Below, one piece after another: positions 28,255-38,036 of a DNA stretch of 64,000 bases. A program made the translations under genes and the position numbers. Each line of letters opens with the position of its first letter. Position 1 is the stretch's first letter. The notes under the pieces were generated by a model. It was not told where the DNA came from and searched no databases. It worked only from the letters and a program-made list of their open reading frames with translations. This DNA comes from Candidatus Chisholmbacteria bacterium RIFCSPHIGHO2_01_FULL_52_32 (GTDB lineage: Bacteria > Patescibacteriota > Microgenomatia > UBA1400 > Chisholmbacteraceae), in NCBI GenBank assembly GCA_001816585.1, contig MHCJ01000006.1:40-64039 (forward strand), in the 5' to 3' direction.

Positions 28255-29354
28255 TCTTTCTGGCTTTGGTGAAGCTCCACAACCTCAATCCCCTTTGTCT
28301 GTCCAACCAGGTGAAGATCGGTCGTGGTCATAATCGTCTGCTGATGCGGAAGAATTCTTAACACCAAGGCCCGATGGTCATGATCAAGCTCCGACAGGAT
28401 ATCATCTAAAAGAAGTACCGGCCGTTCCCCGATTGTCTGTGACACATAGGAAAGCTCCGCAAGCTTCAACCACAGTACTGCCAATCGCTGCTCTCCTCTT
28501 GAACCATACAGCGCAAGATCCCGACCTCTACTTGTTACTTGTCTCTTGTCACTTGTTACTATCTGAAAGTCATCTTTATGCGGCCCAACCAAGGTATATC
28601 CGACCGCCACTTCCTGCTCAGCGTACTGCAAAAGTCTACTCGCAGAAACAACGGAGCTGTCGTAGGTCACCCGAAAGGAATCAATCTCTGCATCAAAACG
28701 GTTGATCGCTTCAACAAATGCCATTCGCTTTTGCGTCAAGACTTGGCCGTGTTTGATAATCAGCTGGTCCCAGAAGGCAAGGTGGGTTCGCGCAGTCCCT
28801 TCCTCCCGAATGGCATCGAGTAGCCTATTGCGTCGCACCAATGCCTTCTCGTAGGAAACCAAGCTCCGCCGATACTCGCGATCAATCTGCGATAAAACCA
28901 CATCCAAGAAAGCCCGTCGTACGGATGGACTGCCGAGGATAAGCTCCAAATCTTCAGGCCGGAATACCACGACGACCAACCGCCCGACATAATCGGAATA
29001 ACGCTTGGGAACTTCATCGATGCGATAGCGTCGTTTTGCAACCCGTTTTCCCTGAAGTTCCCCTCTTGTCAAAAGCACCTCAAGCTCAACCGAAGGGCCG
29101 GTATCGCCATCAGTCGCGGGTAATAATTGCTCAACCTTGCCTGTCACACGCGCCAACTCCTTGGTAAAAAGGATCATCTCCTCGGTCTTCTGTGCCCGAA
29201 AACTCCGCCCCGTGGCTAAAAGAGAGATTGCCTCCAAAACATTGGTCTTCCCCATGGCATTATTCCCTACAAGAAGGGTAGTGTTCGTTCCGAAACGAAA
29301 GGTCTTCCTTTCGTAACTGCGGAAGTTTTCTAAGGTAAGCGACAAGAGCTGCAT
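28251..29354 (-). CDS. recF: DNA replication/repair protein RecF
   Basis: LENFRSY, GNNAMGKTN, GPHKDD, GSRGEQR, LLLDDILSELD. Confidence 0.95.
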   Translation of the reverse strand: MQLLSLTLENFRSYERKTFRFGTNTTLLVGNNAMGKTNVLEAISLLATGRSFRAQKTEEMILFTKELARVTGKVEQLLPATDGDTGPSVELEVLLTRGELQGKRVAKRRYRIDEVPKRYSDYVGRLVVVVFRPEDLELILGSPSVRRAFLDVVLSQIDREYRRSLVSYEKALVRRNRLLDAIREEGTARTHLAFWDQLIIKHGQVLTQKRMAFVEAINRFDAEIDSFRVTYDSSVVSASRLLQYAEQEVAVGYTLVGPHKDDFQIVTSDKRQVTSRGRDLALYGSRGEQRLAVLWLKLAELSYVSQTIGERPVLLLDDILSELDHDHRALVLRILPHQQTIMTTTDLHLVGQTKGIEVVELHQSQKD

Positions 29355-29467
29355 AGTGGAGAAATATAGGAAACGGAAAGCCAAAAACTGTTAAAAGCCT
29401 TGAAATGATGAGGTGTAATTTTGAATTTTTAACTGCAATTTTTAACTTTTAATTTTGAATTTTAAAC

Positions 29468-30316
29468 TTATCTCTGGCACGTTGTGCAGAAGTACGTCCC
29501 TCTCCCTCCCATCATCGTTTTCTTGATAGTGCCGGAGCAGCCTTCCCGTAGGCATCGCTTCCCTTCCCGATCATACACCATATAGTGCTCCTGATATTGT
29601 CCTTTTCGGCCCAACACATCCCGGTACGCATTCGTACTCGATCCCCCATACTTCATTCCCTCCTCAAAAACCCTAAGGGTACACTCAAAAAGCACCTTTG
29701 CCTCTGAAGAAGCAAGCTGACGAGCTTTTCTGTCCGGCCGGATCTTCGCGCAAAACAGTGATTCATTCGCGTAAATGTTCCCCACGCCGGAAATCCGTTC
29801 CTGATCCATCAAAAGAAGTTTTACCGGCCGACCGATTTTGCGCAATATCGCCTCAAACTGCTGCGCATTGAGGGTCTTGCCCGGCTCAGGTCCTAATTTG
29901 GCCACAAACGGAAGCCTGTTAACCTCCGAAGTCTTGACCGCCTGTACCCATCCGAATCGCCGAATATCATTGAAATAGAGCTTATCGCCGCCCCGGAAAG
30001 TAAATACCACATGGGTATGCTTGCCTGGAAGTGTAGTTAAATCCTCGTCAACCTTAAGATGCGCCGGCTGTTTCTTCCCTCGATAAATAAGCCTGCCAGT
30101 CATCTTAAGGTGAATAGCCAAACTAAAAGCGTTCGAAAGATCGATACAAAGCATCTTGCCAAACCGCCGTACACCAAGAACCCTCCCGCCGATCACCCGC
30201 TTTAAGTCCGATCGGGTGACCTTTGGGGTGATCACTTCAACAGCAGTAATGGTTGAATCTGAAATGTAACGGGAGAGTCCACGACCAAGGAGTTCAACCT
30301 CCGGGAGTTCAGGCAT
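29468..30316 (-). CDS. mutM: Formamidopyrimidine-DNA glycosylase
   Basis: MPELPEVE, HLKMTG, GVGNIYANE, C-terminal zinc finger. Confidence 0.96.
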   Translation of the reverse strand: MPELPEVELLGRGLSRYISDSTITAVEVITPKVTRSDLKRVIGGRVLGVRRFGKMLCIDLSNAFSLAIHLKMTGRLIYRGKKQPAHLKVDEDLTTLPGKHTHVVFTFRGGDKLYFNDIRRFGWVQAVKTSEVNRLPFVAKLGPEPGKTLNAQQFEAILRKIGRPVKLLLMDQERISGVGNIYANESLFCAKIRPDRKARQLASSEAKVLFECTLRVFEEGMKYGGSSTNAYRDVLGRKGQYQEHYMVYDREGKRCLREGCSGTIKKTMMGGRGTYFCTTCQR

Positions 30317-30770
30317 AGGGGGAAAGTCGGGCCAAACGTGCGTGCCGTTTTGCTTGAATCATTCGCCAACTCTGGAGGGTCCCAATCCAAATAGGCAGCC
30401 AAGAAAAATTCTTCTTCATGCGGTAGTTATGGAACGCATCGGTCGAAAGATGCGTCCAGTACCCAAATGCCCACACCCACGTCAGCGGTGTGTAATAGAC
30501 CAAAACGGTGAAGATAATCCCGAATTCCAAAGTATGGAAAAGGTAAAACCGCTGCCTTCGGTTATCCCAATCTTTTCTGACAAGCTTCGAGACCTTTCTG
30601 TAAGAAAGGGTCCGTTCCATAAAGATATGGTAGAGAAAGTGATCTGCGTCGATGAGAAAGCTTGCAATGACCGCAGGGGAAAGTGTTGAAAAAAGAACCG
30701 GAAGACCGGCAATCTTCAGAGCTGCAACGCCTAAGATCGTATTCGCCACCGCATGCCGTCTGTAATGCAT
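30309..30770 (-). CDS. Membrane protein, metal-dependent hydrolase-like
   Basis: H...IDADH...FHTLE...HLSTD motif set. Confidence 0.7.
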   Translation of the reverse strand: MHYRRHAVANTILGVAALKIAGLPVLFSTLSPAVIASFLIDADHFLYHIFMERTLSYRKVSKLVRKDWDNRRQRFYLFHTLEFGIIFTVLVYYTPLTWVWAFGYWTHLSTDAFHNYRMKKNFSWLPIWIGTLQSWRMIQAKRHARLARLSPYA

Positions 30771-30926
30771 AAATTGAAGCCTCCCCGGCTTAAAAGGCCA
30801 ATGTTTCCTTCAATGGTTAGGCTGAAACCCCGTACCGACCAGTCTGATCCAGTCTGACTGGGCAACCACGTTTGACGCGGCTGGTCTGGTACTGGGGTAA
30901 AGTATACCAGTTATAGAGGAAAGCGA

Positions 30927-32069
30927 CTACACGACCTTCCCTTTCGTCACGCACTGCTCCACAAATTCCCTCATCTCCCGCTTGAAGCGCTCCTTAGAAA
31001 ACCTCTGCGCCTCTTTCTGTATCTCTTCAACTTTAAACTTTTCACTTTGAACTTTGAACTTTCTTATCGCCCCAACCAACCCCTCAACGGTATAGTCATC
31101 GAAAAAGACACCGGTCTTACCCTCGACAACCGACTCAACGTACCCTCCGCCGCGATAGGCCACCACCGGCGTCCCGTAGGCCATCGCTTCAACCGGCGTA
31201 ATTCCAAAATCCTCGTCCTCTGCCGTGGCAAGAAATGCCCGAGCTCCGGCGTACAGCTCGGCCAAACGCTCATCGGCTACTTCCCCGAGAAACTCAATAG
31301 TATCCCCTGCCATCTGCCGTAAACGCCTTCCCGCCGACCCCCACCCTGCCGGTTTGCCGACGATCTTCAGGGATATACGCATCCGGTTCGCGGCTTCGAC
31401 GGCAAGCTCCAGCCCCTTCCCACCCACAATCCTCGAAACAACCAGATAATAGTCTCTACCATCTTGTTTCTTGTTTCTTGTTACATGTTTCTGTATCTCA
31501 ACCGGCGGATAAATCACCGTTGCCTCTTTGCGGTAGAACTTCTCAATCCGCTTCGCAACATTCTTCGAATTCGCTACAAAAAAATCCACTCGTTGGGCCG
31601 CCCGAAAATCGTACATTCTCAGGAAATGTCCGACAATCATCCCGTACACCCGCACCGGCCAATATCGGCGCCACTCAACCGAAGTTTGATACCCGTAGAG
31701 GTACCTTGGTGGCGTGTGGCAGTAACAAACCTCAACCGTATTCGGCCCCCTTCGAAATCCTTTCGTGATATACCAGTTTGCACTTGAGATCACAACATCA
31801 TAGTTTGAATAATTAAACTGCCTCCATACCAAAGGGGAAAGAAACCGTAAAGGGCTGGCAAGTCGCGAGGCAAAGGGAATCCAATGGAACCAAGAAACTC
31901 GAATATCTTTATCTCGGAAGCGCTCCCAAGCGGAAGAGTTTCGTAAGTAGTACGCCGTATAAATCGGCGCTTCCTGCCAGATTTCACTCAAGGCCAGAAG
32001 TACCCGCTCCGCCCCACCAAATTCATGAAGATAGTCATGAACCAGTGCAACACGCAACGTATCTCTCAT
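30927..32069 (-). CDS. Glycosyltransferase family 4
   Basis: VALVHDYL...GGAERV, CHTPPRYL, EDFGITPVEAMA. Confidence 0.93.
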   Translation of the reverse strand: MRDTLRVALVHDYLHEFGGAERVLLALSEIWQEAPIYTAYYLRNSSAWERFRDKDIRVSWFHWIPFASRLASPLRFLSPLVWRQFNYSNYDVVISSANWYITKGFRRGPNTVEVCYCHTPPRYLYGYQTSVEWRRYWPVRVYGMIVGHFLRMYDFRAAQRVDFFVANSKNVAKRIEKFYRKEATVIYPPVEIQKHVTRNKKQDGRDYYLVVSRIVGGKGLELAVEAANRMRISLKIVGKPAGWGSAGRRLRQMAGDTIEFLGEVADERLAELYAGARAFLATAEDEDFGITPVEAMAYGTPVVAYRGGGYVESVVEGKTGVFFDDYTVEGLVGAIRKFKVQSEKFKVEEIQKEAQRFSKERFKREMREFVEQCVTKGKVV

Positions 32070-32092
32070 TACTCCTTACTCCTTACACCTCC

Positions 32093-33061
32093 CTAAAACA
32101 TCTCCTCCTGCACCATCTGCTCAAACGAATCGTCAGGAAGACGGGGGATTAAGGTGGTAAATTCGAGCGCTCGGAACTTCTCGACAGCCTTTTCCTTATC
32201 GTAATCCGAAACAACACACTTCCCAAGATCAAGCACGATGGGAGCATCGGTCGCAATCGTAGCAAGCTTCATGGAAAGATGAGCAGACTCCTTTCCATCG
32301 GCCAATTTCTGAAACACCGCTTCACCAAATTTCGTTTTGATTTCTTTAAGGTGGTGATAAACCCTGCCCAAGTCACCGTAGGTTTGAATAAGCGTTGTTG
32401 CTGTCTTTGGTCCGATGCCCTTTACCCCGGGAATTTCATCTGATGAATCTCCGGCAAGTGCTTTAAAATCGGTCAGCTGCTGCGGAGTCAGCCCATACCG
32501 CTCCATCACGACATCGACATCCCAAAGCGTTGCTGCCTGTTTTCCCCTTCCGGGAGTGTAGACCACCACGCGTTTCCCCTCCACGAGTTGCAGAGCATCG
32601 CGATCCCCTGTTACAATCACAACTTCAATATCATTTTTTTTCCCTCTGCCTTTCACCCTTTGCCCTTTGCCGTGAGCCGCTTGTTTCACGAGCGTTGCAA
32701 TCACATCATCCGCTTCATACCCTTCCAGCGAAAAAATTGGGATATTGAGGATCGACACGATCTCCCAAACCCGTTCCTGTTGACTCGCAAGGTCGGCCGG
32801 CATCTCTGGCCGATGGGCCTTATAGCCCTTGTACTCCACATGGCGAAAGGTCGGTTTGTCCCGATCGAAGCAAACCACAAGGTGGGAAGGCGAAAGCTCG
32901 CGAATGACAGAAAGAAGAATGTTGGTAAATCCATAGACGGCGTTAATCAATTCCCCTTTTCTCGTCGTCAGGGGCGGGTACGCATGAAAGGCCCGGAATA
33001 GCACCGAATGTCCATCAATCAGAACCAGTCGCTTTTGTTGATCGGATTTTCCTCGATTCAT
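32093..33061 (-). CDS. Stand-alone 5'-3' exonuclease (PolA N-terminal / FEN domain)
   Basis: LIDGHS, EADDVIATL, TGDRD, GDSSDEIPGVKGIGPKTA; no polymerase domain. Confidence 0.92.
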   Translation of the reverse strand: MNRGKSDQQKRLVLIDGHSVLFRAFHAYPPLTTRKGELINAVYGFTNILLSVIRELSPSHLVVCFDRDKPTFRHVEYKGYKAHRPEMPADLASQQERVWEIVSILNIPIFSLEGYEADDVIATLVKQAAHGKGQRVKGRGKKNDIEVVIVTGDRDALQLVEGKRVVVYTPGRGKQAATLWDVDVVMERYGLTPQQLTDFKALAGDSSDEIPGVKGIGPKTATTLIQTYGDLGRVYHHLKEIKTKFGEAVFQKLADGKESAHLSMKLATIATDAPIVLDLGKCVVSDYDKEKAVEKFRALEFTTLIPRLPDDSFEQMVQEEMF

Positions 33062-33156
33062 AAAGGTAATTCTATCACAAGCCCCCAGAGGAAAAAGAAA
33101 ACCTCCGCTTCTCTCGGAGGCTCAAGTATTGCCGAAAATCTCCATTTCTTATTTAA

Positions 33157-33224
33157 TCCTGAGCGAACGCGTCTTGAGTGACCTGTGGTGAGCGAAGTCG
33201 AACCAAATCGAAGGAGTCGAAGGA
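33157..33224. repeat. Second copy of the three-level nested palindrome
   Basis: tcctgagcgaa[cgcgtcttgagtga[cctgtggtgagcgaagtcgaacc]aaatcgaagga]gtcgaagga. Confidence 0.8.
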
Positions 33225-33291
33225 CTATTCACCCTGATCCGCCAACCCTGTTACCGTCTGGTACAGGGCCAGCTGGCGCACGAAGGACTTC

Positions 33292-35208
33292 CTAGTCTCT
33301 ACCCTTTTCTCCCGAAGGCGGTTGCGCCTTTGGCATCCCCATGATCTTCTCAAACTCTTCTCCGTCTAAAGATTCCTTCTTCACAAGCTCTGCAGCAACA
33401 GCATCAAGTTGCTCTCGATATTTGGTCAAAATCTTTACAGCTTCTTTGTAAGCTACATCAACGATTTTCTTGATCTCCACATCAACCTTCGCCTGCATCT
33501 CCTGAGAAAGCTGGCTTGGTTCAACGATCGCTCGCCCCCATTCGGAGGCATCCCATTGCGGTCCCAAGTTGACGGGTCCGATATCGCTCATCCCGTAATC
33601 CTCAACCATACTTCGCGCAATCCGGGTCACTTTATCGATATCGCTTGCCGCGCCCCCCGTCAATTCCGAAAATACCAGCTCCTCAGCCGCCCGTCCTCCC
33701 AAAAGAGTCTTGATCGTATCCAAAAGCTCACTCCTTGTTTGGGTATACTTATCCTTCTCCGGAGGCATGAGGGTAAATCCAAGCGCGAGTCCCCGCGAAA
33801 CGATGCTAACCCGATGCACGCGATCGGAATACGAGGAAAGATGCCCGACCACGGCGTGTCCACCCTCATGATATGCCGTCATTCGCCGTTCATAATCGCC
33901 CTGGAGTCTCTTCTTTTCCGGTCCCAACTTCACCTTGGTTGCCGCCTCCTCGATATCGCTCGTATCCACGGAGTGTTTATCAACCCGCGCCGCCAAAATT
34001 GCCGCTTCGTTGAGCATATTCTCAAGGTCAGCTCCAGAAAACCCAACCGTCCGTTTGGCAACTTTATCCCAATCAACATCTCGGGAAATCGGCTTCCCCT
34101 TCGCATGAATGAGAAGCACGCGCTTTCGCTCTTCGATATCGGGAAGGTCAAGGGTGACTCGTCGATCGAACCGCCCGGGCCGTAAAAGCGCAGGATCCAA
34201 AAGATCCCCGCGATTCGTCGCTGCAAGCACAATCACATTGTCATTCGGAGTAAATCCATCCATTTCAACTAAAATTTGATTTAAGGTCTGCTCGCGTTCA
34301 TCATGGCCTCCGGCAACTCCCAATCCGCGGACCCGACCAATCGCATCAATCTCATCGATAAAAATGATGGCGGGAGATGACCGCTTTGCAGTATCAAACA
34401 GATCCCGCACCCTGGATGCCCCAACGCCGACAAGCATTTCCATAAACTCTGACCCTGCCATGGAGAAAAAGGGGACCCCCGCCTCCCCCGCGACCGCCCG
34501 CGCGAGTAAGGTCTTCCCGGTTCCGCTTGGTCCAACCAAAAGAACGCCTTTGGGAGTCCGCGCACCCAATCGGCTGTATTTCCGAGGATGCTTAAGGAAA
34601 TCCACCACCTCTTCAAGCTCCTTCTTTGCTTCGGCCACCCCACCGACATCGGCAAAGGTCACCGTCTGTCGGCCCTTTGAAAAGAGTTTGGCTTTGCTCC
34701 GACCGAAGGTAAACAGACTGTCTTGGGCTCCCCTCGCTTGCCTGATCAAAAAGAGGAAAAATAATCCCATGAAGAGAAGGGGTAAAACCGTTCCCGCGAT
34801 GTCCCACCAAACCCGTCCCATGCTCTGATCATGTACCTCAATCGTCACGGACTGGGGATCGACATCTGAGTTCTTCAAAATCTCTACCAACGTCTCGTTT
34901 CCTTCCTTCCGCGAGGTTCGCTGTTCTCCCCCTCGATAGGTCAAAATGAGACGCTCCCCGTCCACCCCAACCTTCTCCACCCGCGAGTTACCGATGTCCG
35001 AGATTGCTTGAGATAATGGAATCTCCTCAGTTACAGACTTCGCCGCGAGGAATGAAAGAATAAACGGGGTAAAAAGAAAGAGCAGAATCACCCACAGAAA
35101 AATCCGCTTCGGGTTGAAATGAAGCCGCAGTTCCATCCGCCGCATCTTCCGGGGCATTTGGGGTGGTTGGGGTGGTTGAGGTGGAGGGACAGTTTGTTGG
35201 TCTTCCAT
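33292..35208 (-). CDS. ftsH: ATP-dependent zinc metalloprotease FtsH
   Basis: [26 protein letters not shown]; start chosen at MEDQQ. Confidence 0.97.
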   Translation of the reverse strand: MEDQQTVPPPQPPQPPQMPRKMRRMELRLHFNPKRIFLWVILLFLFTPFILSFLAAKSVTEEIPLSQAISDIGNSRVEKVGVDGERLILTYRGGEQRTSRKEGNETLVEILKNSDVDPQSVTIEVHDQSMGRVWWDIAGTVLPLLFMGLFFLFLIRQARGAQDSLFTFGRSKAKLFSKGRQTVTFADVGGVAEAKKELEEVVDFLKHPRKYSRLGARTPKGVLLVGPSGTGKTLLARAVAGEAGVPFFSMAGSEFMEMLVGVGASRVRDLFDTAKRSSPAIIFIDEIDAIGRVRGLGVAGGHDEREQTLNQILVEMDGFTPNDNVIVLAATNRGDLLDPALLRPGRFDRRVTLDLPDIEERKRVLLIHAKGKPISRDVDWDKVAKRTVGFSGADLENMLNEAAILAARVDKHSVDTSDIEEAATKVKLGPEKKRLQGDYERRMTAYHEGGHAVVGHLSSYSDRVHRVSIVSRGLALGFTLMPPEKDKYTQTRSELLDTIKTLLGGRAAEELVFSELTGGAASDIDKVTRIARSMVEDYGMSDIGPVNLGPQWDASEWGRAIVEPSQLSQEMQAKVDVEIKKIVDVAYKEAVKILTKYREQLDAVAAELVKKESLDGEEFEKIMGMPKAQPPSGEKGRD

Positions 35209-35212
35209 AACT

Positions 35213-35545
35213 TTATCGAATGGTTGTTCCTGGGACAACCTCCTCTTGAGGGCTGATGAGGATCGGCTTTTCTTCACAGTCCGCTGCAAGCAGCATCCCG
35301 GAAGAAGTTAGCCCTCGAATCTCTTTCTCCTCTAAATTAACCACAACAACAATCTGCTTTCCCACTAGATCCGAGGTCGTATGGCTTTTTCGAAGCCCTG
35401 CTATCAACTGCCGCTTCCCGACTTCACCTAAATCAACAGTAATCTTTAAAAGGTTATCCGCACCCTCAACAGGATCCGCGGTTTGTATGGTACCAACCCG
35501 CAGATCAAGCCTGGAAAAATCGGAAAACGGGATTGTGGCCTTCAC
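35213..35545 (-). CDS. tRNA-binding domain protein (MetRS C-terminal / Trbp111 / CsaA-like)
   Basis: DFSRLDLRVG...LLKITVDLG...VVNLE...SSGMLLA. Confidence 0.88.
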   Translation of the reverse strand: MKATIPFSDFSRLDLRVGTIQTADPVEGADNLLKITVDLGEVGKRQLIAGLRKSHTTSDLVGKQIVVVVNLEEKEIRGLTSSGMLLAADCEEKPILISPQEEVVPGTTIR

Positions 35546-35609
35546 TGTGGAAGTATACCACAGCGAAACGGACAACGGAATCGAAATTCCATAAAAGAAA
35601 CAGAAAAAA

Positions 35610-36599
35610 TCATCCTAAACCAACCTTCCCCCGCACTCTATCAAGTGTCTCCCTGGCAATACGCCGGGCTTTTTCGGAACCCTCACGAAGCACCCGATCA
35701 ACATACGGCTGATCCTCCGTAAGCAAGTTCCGACGGCGCTGGAACGGCTCAAGCTCCCGGTGAATCGCCTCAGAAAGCTCATCCTTCAAAGCTTGATACC
35801 GAATCCCCTCCGACCGATACTGCGCTTCACACGTCCGCCTCCGATCCTCTCCCATAAACAACCCAACCAACACCAGAAGGTTCGCCACCCCTCCTTTCTC
35901 AGGGACTTTCTCTCCCTTCCCTGAATCGGTCGGGACCGTAGCCAGCCGCTTGCGAATCGTAGAAAGGTCATCGGTGAGCGTGATATAACTCCCCGAAACA
36001 GACTTGCTCATTTTACCCTCCCCAACCAGGCTCGGAACATATCCCCCCGACGTCTCAAACCGCTGCGGCTCGGGAAAATCCGTGCCGTAGGTTTGGTTCA
36101 TCTTACGGGCAATCTCCCTGGCAATCTCAAGGTGCGGCTCCTGATCAACCCCAACCGGCACCAGCTCCGCCTTGTAAGCAAGGATATCTGCCGCCATCAG
36201 AATTGGATAGTTCAAAAGTGCCATCGTCACGGCTTTGGGGTATTGCTTGACCTTATCCTTAAATGTTGGCAAGTGCTGCATGCGGGCAACGGAAACAACC
36301 GTAGCAAAATAGAAGGCAAGCTCCGTATGCTCCGGCACATCCGATTGAGCAAAGATGATGCTGCGTTTTGGATCCAACCCGGCTGCCAGATAATCCATGA
36401 CAACTTCCCGTCGGTTGACCCGCAGCTCCTCGGGATCGTACGGGGTTGTCATCGTATGCAAATCCGCAATCATGTACAGGGTTTCGTAGTCGGGATTATC
36501 CTGCAAGGAAAGCATACCTTTCACAGCCCCAAGGTAATTCCCGAGGTGTAATCGTCCGGTTGCGCGGATACCTGATAATACCCGTTTCTTCCCGCTCAT
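35610..36599 (-). CDS. trpS: Tryptophanyl-tRNA synthetase
   Basis: SGIRATGRLHLGNYLG, YPILMAADI, VPVGVDQEPH, KMSKS. Confidence 0.97.
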   Translation of the reverse strand: MSGKKRVLSGIRATGRLHLGNYLGAVKGMLSLQDNPDYETLYMIADLHTMTTPYDPEELRVNRREVVMDYLAAGLDPKRSIIFAQSDVPEHTELAFYFATVVSVARMQHLPTFKDKVKQYPKAVTMALLNYPILMAADILAYKAELVPVGVDQEPHLEIAREIARKMNQTYGTDFPEPQRFETSGGYVPSLVGEGKMSKSVSGSYITLTDDLSTIRKRLATVPTDSGKGEKVPEKGGVANLLVLVGLFMGEDRRRTCEAQYRSEGIRYQALKDELSEAIHRELEPFQRRRNLLTEDQPYVDRVLREGSEKARRIARETLDRVRGKVGLG

Positions 36600-36635
36600 A
36601 GTGCTCCTACTTTATCATAATATGAGCCCCAGTCT

Positions 36636-36839
36636 TCAATACTGTCCTGGAGCATCTCCACTAATGCGATGGATTTCTTCTCGGACATCGGCTAACCTCT
36701 GCGCCACCGCTTTAACGGTATCATGGTCGTTGTTCTCAACAGCCTGAAACAGTGCCGCATCAAGCACAACAAGCTGTTGTCCGAGAACGTCAGGGGCCTG
36801 AGTTTCTTCCACACCTCTCCGTCCGCTTTCCATTACCAT
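36636..36839 (-). CDS. Small hypothetical protein directly downstream of the T-box
   Basis: 67-aa ORF with a strong AAAGGAGGTGA SD; predicted helical. Confidence 0.7.
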   Translation of the reverse strand: MVMESGRRGVEETQAPDVLGQQLVVLDAALFQAVENNDHDTVKAVAQRLADVREEIHRISGDAPGQY

Positions 36840-36870
36840 ATTTTCTCACCTCCTTTCAAGCAATTGGCCA

Positions 36871-37128
36871 TAAAAAAACCCTTACGGATTTCCAAACGAT
36901 TATTGGAAACCTGCAAGGGCCCTTCAATTCCGCTTTAGGGCGGTGCCACCTCGCTTTTCCCTGTGAGATAAGCAAGCTATCTCACGGGACTCATTCATGA
37001 CGTGCTCCGCGAGTATACCCCGAGTTTATCGAGGGGCGACACACGCTGCAGTCTTTCTACGGTTTCGCCTCCGTCCCGCTATTTTGGCGGACAGCTCCCC
37101 GGTCCCAACCTTACCGGATCATCGCTTT
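36871..37128 (-). ncRNA. T-box riboswitch (Trp, ultrashort stem I, transcriptional)
   Basis: Stem I GCGAUGAUCCGGU-AAGGUUGGG-ACCGGGGAGC; antiterminator GCGAGG-UGGCACC-GCCCU...AGGGC-CCUUGC; overlapping terminator ending in a U tract at about 36872-36878. Confidence 0.88.
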
Positions 37129-37176
37129 TGTTCACTTATGGTAACGATCTTATTGTACAAAACTTGTCAAGCTCTG

Positions 37177-37248
37177 TGCTAGGGGTGGGATTCGAACCCA
37201 CGACCTATCGCTTATGAAACGACCGCTCTGCCACTGAGCTACCCTAGC
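37177..37248 (-). tRNA. tRNA with CAT anticodon (probably elongator Met)
   Basis: GCTAGGG...CCCTAGC-A cloverleaf, loop TTCATAA, GGTTCGAATCC T-arm; no encoded CCA. Confidence 0.9.
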
Positions 37249-37303
37249 AACACCTCAAAATTGTACCAAAAAGAAAGCCCCGAAAGAAATCAGGGCTTGA
37301 GTG

Positions 37304-37586
37304 TTGCGGGGCCAGGAGTTGAACCTGGTCTGCGAGATTATGCGTGTTGTTTTCTCCAGTTTCCTGGAGTACCGGACTATGTCTTAACCCGTTAGATAAT
37401 CATAATCACATATCTAATGGGTTCCTGGCGTATAGTCTCTACGGATTCCCATTCAAGGTCTTTCCTCGGCGTTGCCGTACTCAGTTCATGAGGGTAGGTT
37501 TCGCCGATATAGCCAGGTGCACTCCATCAATTACTCGATAGAGGGCCCATCATTGAGCCTCACGTGCTACCGTACACTACCCCGCG
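37304..37586 (-). tRNA. Initiator tRNA-fMet(CAT) split by an intron
   Basis: Exon 1 37586-37556 CGCGGGG...GAGGCT; exon 2 37342-37304 CATAATCTCG...CCCCGCAA; C1:A72 mismatch. Confidence 0.92.
37343..37555 (-). ncRNA. Group I intron (213 nt, no ORF) in tRNA-fMet
   Basis: Exon ends in U, intron ends in G; IGS GGCCCUC pairs with exon GAGGCU; P/Q/R/S-like elements UAUAUCGGCGAAAC, AACGCCGAG, CCGUAGAGACUAUA, AAGACAUAGUCCG. Confidence 0.92.
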
Positions 37587-37736
37587 CGTTGTCAAAACGA
37601 GCCAATTTTACCAAATTCCTCTGGAAAAATCAACCTAAAAAAACGTCTCTCTCTAAACGCATTTCAATTGGACCAAGAAGCATGAAGTATTGAGTAAGAA
37701 GGAAATAAACTCGCTTTGGGGATCTCTTCTTGAATA

Positions 37737-37915
37737 CCCTTTGAACGCAGCTACTCGAGAACGACGTGAGCGAATACCATTAAGATGTCATCGACTGTCC
37801 GACGAAGGGTTTATCCCGAGAAGTTTGATGACAAAGGATGAGCGAACGAGCTCCCGAGAGACCGTTCACTGGGGCGTCATTCTTTGGTTACTTTCTTAGA
37901 CGAGTAAGAAAGTAA
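37737..37915. repeat. ~180-bp structured intergenic repeat, copy 3
   Basis: Same architecture as the 11505 and 12477 copies. Confidence 0.8.
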
Positions 37916-38036
37916 TAAATCTGCTTGGGAAAAAGAATAAAAACTAATTTGGGAAACTAAACAAGAGACAGCATCCCTTAAGAACAACAATCTCGCCCTC
38001 CAGCAGTCAGAGTCAAACTCACGACGAGTTTGGGTG

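Noticed and set aside
37177-37248. CAT tRNA as lysidine-type Ile2
   Set aside because: It cannot be excluded by eye, but a separate Ile(UAU) exists, so elongator Met is the simpler call.
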